Source of the DNA: a virus
Reading direction: 5' to 3' (one strand)
DNA length: 50,790 bases
Virus record (IMG/VR): IMGVR_UViG_3300045988_139260
Numbering within the stretch: the first letter of the stretch is position 1; each line of letters begins with the position of its first letter. The translations under genes were made by a program, and so were the position numbers. Of this stretch, positions 45,109 to 50,790 are shown piece by piece. The notes below the pieces were generated by a model. The model had not been told where the DNA came from and did not search any database. It was given only the letters and a program-made list of their open reading frames with translations.

Positions 45109-45610
45109 TAATGTCAAGAAAAGACTATCGAGTGATGCAGCTATGCTTGATAGATACCTGAGCACATATAATCGTTGCAAGAACCGCAAGAAGGCACTTG
45201 AGGACCGCAGGCAGTCACTGCTCGCAGAGTTTGAAAGCCCGCTTAAATTCAAGGGCATGAATGGGATGCCAAAGGGCGGTGGCACGAGTGTTGGGTGCGC
45301 TGCACTGTCGTATGAGCTTGATGATATCAATACCAGGATCGATGAGAAAATCAAAGAGCTTGAAAGAACATATGTCGAGATCAACAATACGATAGATTTT
45401 TTAGCAGATAATTCCACAGAGAGAGCGATCCTTGAGTACAAATACATCGACAGCATGAGCTGGAACACCATCTGCGAAAAAGAAAATCTTACAAGAACCC
45501 CGGCCACGCAGTACTGGCGCAAAGGACTTTATGAGCTTTTAGAGTATGCCAAAGTTCAACAGATTGTTAAAGATTACGCCAAAAAGATTGACTGCGAGAT
45601 GGAAGGCTAA
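45098..45610 (+). CDS. Late-gene transcriptional activator, ArpU/RinA/sigma region-4-like
   Basis: 170 aa from ATG 45098 (GGAGGAAG RBS). C-terminal ERAILEYKYIDSMSWNTICEKENLTRTPATQYWRKGL resembles sigma-70 region 4 / ArpU-RinA activators. It is the second-to-last gene before the late-promoter-like element. Confidence 0.65.
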   Translation: MKSNNVKKRLSSDAAMLDRYLSTYNRCKNRKKALEDRRQSLLAEFESPLKFKGMNGMPKGGGTSVGCAALSYELDDINTRIDEKIKELERTYVEINNTIDFLADNSTERAILEYKYIDSMSWNTICEKENLTRTPATQYWRKGLYELLEYAKVQQIVKDYAKKIDCEMEG

Positions 45611-45651
45611 TATAATTTTTTTAAACAACTAAAGCAAAGGAGACAACTATT

Positions 45652-46053
45652 ATGATGAGCGAAAATTTTATGGAGATATGCGGAGAGCACGAGCAGCAGC
45701 AACAGATGTTTCACCTGGTTCAGATGTTATCGGAGGCGGGCTACCCATTCTATTTTAATTTTTTAGAAGACCTGGCTCCGGATCCGTTCAGGCAGGACGG
45801 CGGAGACCCTGAGACTGACATCGACTGGGATGAATATAATTTTTTTGTTGAGCTTGAGAGAGGAGCCGGAGCAGAGTACCCACTTTTAAGCGTGAGCATT
45901 GATGATGATGGACTTCTTAACCTTGTTGATATGAGGGCATCGGCTGAAAATAATCTTACAGGAGACGCTGCAGAAGATGCAGCCATTTGGCATAAGGGAA
46001 TAACCTCAGAAGAGGCAATGGATTTCATAGAAAAATTTTTTAACGAAAGATAG
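45652..46053 (+). CDS. Hypothetical acidic protein
   Basis: 133 aa. Its stop lies inside the 39-bp element copy B. Confidence 0.55.
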   Translation: MMSENFMEICGEHEQQQQMFHLVQMLSEAGYPFYFNFLEDLAPDPFRQDGGDPETDIDWDEYNFFVELERGAGAEYPLLSVSIDDDGLLNLVDMRASAENNLTGDAAEDAAIWHKGITSEEAMDFIEKFFNER

Positions 46054-46084
46054 CACAAAAGAGCACACGCGCGTGTGATATTAT
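46046..46084 (+). promoter_or_regulatory. Late-promoter/operator element, copy B (37/39 identical to 152..190)
   Basis: aaagatagcacaaaagagcacacgcgcgtgtgatattat. Contains the perfect 14-bp palindrome cacacgcgcgtgtg and the extended -10 TGaTATTAT. Confidence 0.55.
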
Positions 46085-46152
46085 AATATCAACCGTTAGG
46101 CGCGGGAATCAGACATTTTTTGTACTCCTAAATTAAAATTTTTTAACAGCAA

Positions 46153-46184
46153 AAGAGGCTGTGTCGGTTTCGACATAGCCTCTT
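46153..46184. terminator. Bidirectional rho-independent terminator
   Basis: aagaggctgtgtcg-gttt-cgacatagcctctt (14-bp stem with one G-T), with A-run upstream and T-run downstream. Confidence 0.8.
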
Positions 46185-46191
46185 TTGTTAT

Positions 46192-46416
46192 TCAGTCTAA
46201 AATTTTTTCAATCGGCACATGCAGCACTTCGGCCATGCTTCGGACCTTGCCAACAGATGCATTGTTGATGTTGACTCTGCCCTGTTCGTAGTTCTCAATG
46301 GCCCGGTAGCTGACGCCGGATTTTTTTGATAGTTCTTCCCGGGATATCCCGAGTTCCTGCCGCACCTTCGTCAGCGCGGTCAGATTTTCTTTTTTTACAT
46401 ACATGATATCTATCAT
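46192..46416 (-). CDS. XRE-family HTH regulator
   Basis: 74 aa. LTKVRQELGISREELSKKSGVSYRAIENYEQGR. True start may be the internal ATG (MYVKKE). Confidence 0.8.
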   Translation of the reverse strand: MIDIMYVKKENLTALTKVRQELGISREELSKKSGVSYRAIENYEQGRVNINNASVGKVRSMAEVLHVPIEKILD

Positions 46417-46441
46417 CCTCCCTAAATAAATTTTTTAACCA

Positions 46442-46469
46442 GCGCCGGAACCGTCCCGGCGCTTTTATT
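46442..46469 (+). terminator. Plus-oriented rho-independent terminator inside the minus-strand island
   Basis: gcgccgg-aaccgtc-ccggcgc followed by ttttatt on the + strand. On the minus strand the T-run is missing. Confidence 0.55.
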
Positions 46470-46501
46470 GTACACCTGTAAGCGTATTATTGCCAGCATT
46501 T

Positions 46502-46951
46502 TTACACACGTATCGCACCTGCTGCTGCCTGCAGGATTTTTTTATCAAAGCCGAATGAATCATATCCGGAAGCTATCACGTTGTAGTAGTAATAGCTTGG
46601 CTTTGTAGGCTTGCCCTGATTCATCAGGTAAATCATGCCGGTAACGGTTGAGCCGTCATCCATCAGGACCTCGATATCTTCTTTTCGGTAGAGGTGTGGA
46701 TAGCCTTCATATCGGTCAAGATTTTTTTCGTCGGCGGCTGAGATCGTGAAGAGCCCAACCGGGACATCTGCGCTCCCGCCCGGCAGGACGGTTGCAACAC
46801 CATTGCCGCGGGCATTTCCCCAGAATGTCAGGGAATAATTTTTTAAAACACCACTGCCGAATATTTCGGCATCCGGACAGCGGAAGCGCATCTGCTCAAG
46901 ATGTAAGTTTGAGCCATAAGCGACATAAAGTTTTTTGTTAGATTTTCTCAT
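46502..46951 (-). CDS. Gamma-glutamyl cyclotransferase (GGCT/AIG2-like)
   Basis: 149 aa from ATG 46951 (AGGAGG RBS). YVAYGSNLHLEQMRFRCP ... DRYEGYPHLY are the YGSN and catalytic Glu motifs of GGCT/AIG2. Confidence 0.8.
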   Translation of the reverse strand: MRKSNKKLYVAYGSNLHLEQMRFRCPDAEIFGSGVLKNYSLTFWGNARGNGVATVLPGGSADVPVGLFTISAADEKNLDRYEGYPHLYRKEDIEVLMDDGSTVTGMIYLMNQGKPTKPSYYYYNVIASGYDSFGFDKKILQAAAGAIRV

Positions 46952-47051
46952 AATGAGTACCTCCTTAGATATAATTTTCGATGTATTTTTTAAACCTGCC
47001 ATCATCAGCGCCGGGAGGTCAGCTCCGGCGGACGCCCGAAGGCGTTTCGGC

Positions 47052-47444
47052 TTAATATTCACACTGTGTCAGCATTGGGTAAGGATCCGGATAATTTCTT
47101 GTCGCAAGTTTTACGCAGCGTTTCAAGATATAATCTGCTTCGGATTTTGAAAGCCCGATCAGGTTTCCGTCTTCATCAGATTCGGCGGCAACGATAAAGA
47201 GATTTCCGACAAGCTGTGCCTGGCCTAAATTATTTATCGCGGAAATTTTTGGAGCCGCATTAAAAAGTCCTTCATCATCACAGATAATCGTGAATTTTTT
47301 TCGACCAATCCTGCGCTGGACTATATCAATGCAAGTGCAGTTCAGGACTTCATAATACTTTTCGAGATCATCCGCAATTTCGATTGCATCCACTTTTTTA
47401 TTTTCCACGTCAACCAGTACACCGCGTAATTTTTTGTTTGCCAT
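47052..47444 (-). CDS. DUF3846-like protein
   Basis: 130 aa from ATG 47444 (AAGGGGG RBS). LRGVLVDVENKKVDAIEI...LNCTCIDIV...IICDDEGLFN...GNLFIV..SDEDGNLIGL fits my recollection of DUF3846. Confidence 0.6.
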   Translation of the reverse strand: MANKKLRGVLVDVENKKVDAIEIADDLEKYYEVLNCTCIDIVQRRIGRKKFTIICDDEGLFNAAPKISAINNLGQAQLVGNLFIVAAESDEDGNLIGLSKSEADYILKRCVKLATRNYPDPYPMLTQCEY

Positions 47445-47461
47445 AATGAGCACCCCCTTAT

Positions 47462-47836
47462 TTAATTTTGAGCCATAATGTTGTTAAACTGATAAGAACA
47501 GCCGGCATATTTGGCATCTATCACCGCATCGTCCAACACGTTTTCAGGCGTTCCGCCGTCGTCCATTGTTACGGCCATAATATCACCGACCGTGATATCA
47601 TCAGAATCTGCATAAAATTCATAGAGCAGACCTGAAGCGGTGGAAATTGTAACAAGGTCATTCGCCGGATCAATGGCGGTTACTACACCGGCCCAAGGGT
47701 AGGTGCTGTGCCTTGCTTCATCAGCCTGAGCCTCGGCAGCTTCCGGAACTTCGGCAGCTTTGGCAGCGGCGCCGCATCCAATCGCTGAGCTGATAACAAC
47801 TGTGGCCATCATGGCCAATAACATTCTTTTCTTCAT
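47462..47836 (-). CDS. Lipoprotein, hypothetical
   Basis: 124 aa. Signal peptide with lipobox (VISSAIGC). GGAGG RBS. Confidence 0.7.
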   Translation of the reverse strand: MKKRMLLAMMATVVISSAIGCGAAAKAAEVPEAAEAQADEARHSTYPWAGVVTAIDPANDLVTISTASGLLYEFYADSDDITVGDIMAVTMDDGGTPENVLDDAVIDAKYAGCSYQFNNIMAQN

Positions 47837-47880
47837 AGTGATTACCTCCGCATGTTTTATATTCCGGATGTTTCCGGGAA

Positions 47881-47921
47881 TCCCGGCCGGGGGAATCGAA
47901 CCCCCGGCGCAACCGTTCCGG
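47881..47921 (-). other. tRNA T-arm-like minihelix (not a full tRNA)
   Basis: Minus strand: cccgg-aacggttgcg-ccgggGGTTCGATTCCcccgg-ccggg. A 7-bp stem with a canonical T-loop is enclosed by a 5-bp outer stem that abuts it like an acceptor stem. Lies between two genes. Confidence 0.45.
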
Positions 47922-47924
47922 GCT

Positions 47925-48488
47925 TTAATACCAAGATGACTGGAACTCAGGCTCGCCGTTCCATGCAGTCAATGAGATGCAGGAGCTTATTTTTACGTGC
48001 CAGCCGCCGGTGCGCTTCTCGTAAGAATCCTGAGCAACCATCTTTACAACCGGCTCGCCAATCCGATTATCGTAATCCGGAACGACGTAGCCACTCATCG
48101 AGCTATTTGTTTCAGTTTGGATATGGCCAAGTTCCACGATCTCAATTTTGCAAGAGCTGATAATTTTAGTAACCAGATAGAACTCGACATTAGTCTGCTC
48201 ATATCCCCAGGAATCAGTGAGCACGTCGCCAGCCTTGATTCCATATTTAGATTTTTTCTCAGATGCAGCAGCGACTGCGGTGCTTGCAACCTGTGCCGGG
48301 CTTGCATCCCCGGAGAGCTTCTCGGCCAATGCCAGGCGCTCGGTAGTACGTTTTGCATACCATAATTTTTTGACGCTGTGCCAGCGGAAGCCGGCGGCCT
48401 TCATTTCATTTCTTACATCCTGAGCTGGCTTGCTTTCAAAGCTAAGCTCGATTCCATTAAATTCTTTGTTGATTGCCATTGTACACAT
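47925..48488 (-). CDS. Hypothetical protein with N-terminal module seen in conjugative-element polyvalent proteins (tentative)
   Basis: 187 aa with GGAGG RBS. FNGIELSFESKPAQDVRNEMKAAGFRWHSVKKLWYAKRT resembles a short domain I recall from ICE/plasmid proteins. C-terminal half unrecognised. Confidence 0.6.
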   Translation of the reverse strand: MCTMAINKEFNGIELSFESKPAQDVRNEMKAAGFRWHSVKKLWYAKRTTERLALAEKLSGDASPAQVASTAVAAASEKKSKYGIKAGDVLTDSWGYEQTNVEFYLVTKIISSCKIEIVELGHIQTETNSSMSGYVVPDYDNRIGEPVVKMVAQDSYEKRTGGWHVKISSCISLTAWNGEPEFQSSWY

Positions 48489-48572
48489 ACTTTATACCTC
48501 CGTTTTATGCTACGCTTAAAAGCGTTTCTTGTTTGTTGAGCTCATATTAGCTCTGCCGAAAAAACTTGTCAA
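48489..48572 (-). promoter_or_regulatory. Promoter plus conserved leader, module 2 (paralogue of 49718..49812)
   Basis: Minus strand: aaaaagtgcTTGACA-17 nt-TAATAT, then gagctcaacaaacaagaaacgcttttaagcgt (hairpin acgctt/aagcgt), then GGAGG. Confidence 0.65.
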
Positions 48573-48608
48573 GCACTTTTTTCAAAATTTTTGATTTTGT
48601 TTTTCCAA

Positions 48609-48663
48609 GCCGCCCTGCTGGGGATCGAACCCGGATATTATGCGGCGCCAGCCGCCGGGGCGG
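48609..48663 (-). other. tRNA-like element with GGGTTCGATCCC T-loop motif (not a full tRNA)
   Basis: Minus strand: ccgccc-cg-gcggc tggc gccgc-ataatatcc-GGGTTCGATCCC-cagca-gggcgg. The outer 6-bp stem encloses two hairpins. Confidence 0.35.
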
Positions 48664-48670
48664 TACCCGG

Positions 48671-49717
48671 TTAATTATTAACCGGATCTAAGAAATATTT
48701 ATCCTTATTCTGACCATGACGCCAAGCGGCGTCGCCGGTCAGATTCTTAATCATATGCGCATGAGGATTTTTGAAGGCGTCGCCAATCCAGCCCATACCA
48801 ATAAGCCATGTGCGCATAGCAAATTTTTCATTGCCAGCCTGCATTATCGGATTTTTGGTTGTGGCTATGCGGGAGCTAAATAAAGCCTTGGCGTTCATGC
48901 TCAGGACTAAGAGCACAAAACTGCGGATCTTGCCGGCATGCAATGTTGCATCAAAGGCACGGATCTCGATCGTGTTGCAACCCTGGCCACGAGTAGAAAA
49001 GTAGCGGTGCAGGTTCAGCAGATGATATCTGCTGCCGTCGTAATGATTAAGTCGGCAGCTTTCAGGACGGCCGTCGCTGAGCTCCTCATACCACACACGC
49101 TCGATGTCCTCTATCGTCTTGCACTTTTGCACGCGGTTAATGAACTGTGTCGGGGTTCCGTGATCGTAGCCGGTACGGCGGTTATTGATCGGGACACACC
49201 ATGCACAGACACGGCTGTCGGCCACACCTAAGGCCTTGTATAACATCTCTTCTTGAGCGTATACAAGGTTTATGAAGTTCTTTAGTGTCTGAGCTGTATG
49301 CTCACGACTTCCTACATGTACATGTATACCGCAGCCATAGCGGGCACCGGTACGAGCCCCGCCCTGCTTTAGAAGCCTAACCAGTTGCTGCAGTGTGTCC
49401 ATGTCTTCAAGGGTTAAAGGCGGGGTGTTGAGCTCGCATGAGTAGTCGCCACGGCTTGCTGCTGTACGGCCGTTGGAGTCAACCGCATTGATCGAGCAAT
49501 CAGAAACGAACTGCCATACACGGCCGCCGACAAATTCAGTAACGGTGTACTTGTGATAAGCCCCGCCGACGTATTGAACAGAGCCGCCAACTAGGCTGGC
49601 GCAGAGGGCTGCTGCCTTTTCCCTTGTGATTCCGGTCATCTCAATCTCGACGCCGTAAGTCATGTTATTGATCATTCCGCGAAGATGCTCGCGCTTTTCA
49701 GTATTTGTCATTGCCAT
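48671..49717 (-). CDS. Amidoligase-family enzyme (GS-like COOH-NH2 ligase, Amidoligase_2-type)
   Basis: 348 aa with AGGAGG RBS. YGVEIEMTGITREKAA, ELNTPPL, GIHVHVG, NTIEIRAFDATLH fit the amidoligase pattern as I recall it. Confidence 0.75.
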   Translation of the reverse strand: MAMTNTEKREHLRGMINNMTYGVEIEMTGITREKAAALCASLVGGSVQYVGGAYHKYTVTEFVGGRVWQFVSDCSINAVDSNGRTAASRGDYSCELNTPPLTLEDMDTLQQLVRLLKQGGARTGARYGCGIHVHVGSREHTAQTLKNFINLVYAQEEMLYKALGVADSRVCAWCVPINNRRTGYDHGTPTQFINRVQKCKTIEDIERVWYEELSDGRPESCRLNHYDGSRYHLLNLHRYFSTRGQGCNTIEIRAFDATLHAGKIRSFVLLVLSMNAKALFSSRIATTKNPIMQAGNEKFAMRTWLIGMGWIGDAFKNPHAHMIKNLTGDAAWRHGQNKDKYFLDPVNN

Positions 49718-49812
49718 TTTGTGTTCCTCCTATGTTTCAATGTTTGTTGATACGTTTACAAACGTTTCTTGCTTGCAAGCTAACGATAGCTCTGCAAGTT
49801 GGGCTGTGTCAA
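49718..49812 (-). promoter_or_regulatory. Promoter plus conserved leader, module 1 (paralogue of 48489..48572)
   Basis: Minus strand: aaaaagtgcTTGACA-18 nt-TATCGT, then tagcttgcaagcaagaaacgtttgtaaacgt (hairpin acgttt/aaacgt), then AGGAGG. Confidence 0.6.
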
Positions 49813-49830
49813 GCACTTTTTGCAAAAAAC

Positions 49831-50691
49831 TTTTCCCGCTGTGTCCGGAAGCTTGATTTTACAAGGGTTTCAGGCTTTAAAAAATTTGTCTTAAACGTTT
49901 TGAATGCCTGAGCTATCAGAGCCGCCGCGGCCGTGATCCACGCCGCGCACGCGCCCGGAGGGCTATATATACGCGCGCCTGTCTGCCTGATGGAAGATAT
50001 ACGACAGAACTACAAGGCAGGCTATAGCCGCAGTCCTTAGATGCGCACCCGCGCGCCTGTGGCTTACACATGCACAGGACCAGGAGAAGAGAAACACACG
50101 GACACGCGCACGCGCACCAATGGAAGAGACGCTGTAGCAGGGCGGCAGGGTATATACAGGAGCGTGGGTGTGTACAATATGCGCCCGCGAATATATAAAG
50201 GCGCTTTAGGGGCTTTAATCTGCGCCTATCACGTGTTCGCGCATGCGCGCCAGATGGAAGATATACACTAAGGCAGCAGGACAGCCGGACTATAGAGCCA
50301 CAGTCAGCAGGGTGGCAGGGCACGCCGGGGCTACGTAGCGGCATAGCGGGGCGGCAGGCTATAGAGCCATAAGGCAGCAGGGCACCTGTGTCCGGCGCAT
50401 ATCAAGGCTATCGGATCCGGCTTGGATGCAGTCGGCTATATACAGCAGGGCAGCAGGGCACCTGTGTCCGACACTAAGAGAGAGCCAGCAAGGCGGCTGT
50501 GTCCGGCACTAAGACAAGCAGCAGAGCAGGCAGGGCGGAGCGGCAGACCTGTGTCCGGTATACTAAGAGGCATTAAAGCAGGGCGGGACACCTGCGTCCG
50601 ATACATGGTGGCAGGTAGCAAGGCGCATAGTCCATAGAAGCAAGAGGCACGGTTTGAGTGATCGCTGTGTCCATAGAAGAAACAGGGGTCA
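49831..50691. repeat. G+C-rich non-coding region with dispersed direct repeats (CTGTGTCCGR boxes and others)
   Basis: No credible ORF. Boxes at 49839, 50386, 50462, 50497, 50549, 50592 and 50665, all in the same orientation. gatggaagatatac occurs twice, ggctatag(a)gcc three times. Many alternating CG tracts. Confidence 0.85.
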
Positions 50692-50790
50692 AAATCGACC
50701 CCTTCAGAGGCCCCAAGGTACTACTGTGGACGCTCAGAATGCGGGGCGGGGAAAGGCGCATTATTTAAGCGGAAATGATGCAAAAAAAAT
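50692..50790. repeat. Terminal overlap copy 2 (identical to 1..99)
   Basis: See copy 1. Confidence 0.95.

Noticed and set aside
47881-47921. Bona fide tRNA gene, suggested by the GGTTCGATTCC T-loop (also 48609..48663)
   Set aside because: No D arm or anticodon arm. No 7-bp acceptor partner could be found within ~80 nt upstream. Only minihelix-like folds are possible.
49916-50344. 142-aa minus-strand ORF in the GC-rich region, plus the smaller ORFs 50041..50271, 50422..50637, 50436..50621 and 50573..50761
   Set aside because: Cys/Arg/Pro/Ala-rich composition driven by G+C content. No RBS, mutually overlapping on both strands, and no recognisable motif. Treated as non-coding.
50340-50690. CRISPR array or simple tandem satellite
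   Set aside because: The boxes are 10 bp and degenerate with irregular spacing of 35-76 bp. The sequences between them are themselves related rather than unique.

Overview
The window is a complete, circularly closed genome of a temperate contractile-tailed phage. Bases 1-99 equal 50692-50790, so the unique length is 50691 bp. The host is probably a Firmicutes/Clostridia bacterium, judged from AGGAGG-type RBSs, XkdX, a SleB-like hydrolase, a large serine integrase and an ArpU/RinA-like late activator. Layout: (1) The + strand late operon runs 197-27810. It holds a ParB-domain DNA methyltransferase and lambda-type packaging/head genes (Nu1-like TerS, GpA TerL, gpW, gpB-type portal, HK97-type protease, capsid). 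It also holds a P2/Mu-type tail and baseplate (sheath, tube, E/E+E' chaperone with -1 frameshift, tape measure, X, D, V, U, W, J, I, fibre base), a DGR cassette, XkdX, holin and endolysin. (2) The - strand 28012-33449 holds eight small unknown ORFs, a 50-bp attP palindrome next to a host-gene 3' fragment, a large serine integrase, a lipoprotein and a CI-like repressor. (3) The + strand early/replication module runs 33634-46053: SleB-like hydrolase, an SNF2 helicase split by an inserted ORF, primase-helicase, iteron origin, VRR-NUC, YopX and the late activator. (4) A - strand accessory island runs 46192-49717: XRE, GGCT/AIG2, DUF3846-like, lipoprotein, unknown protein, amidoligase. It is followed by about 0.86 kb of G+C-rich non-coding repeats and a candidate cos site. 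Most notable observations: a textbook adenine-specific DGR (VR/TR/RT) with no recognisable Avd; the amidoligase-GGCT island bracketed by 39-bp direct repeats and punctuated by tRNA T-arm-like minihelices; the GC-rich CTGTGTCCGR repeat landscape; the split SNF2 gene; a 19-bp inverted repeat bracketing the immunity module. All family names come from motif recognition by eye. No database search was run.
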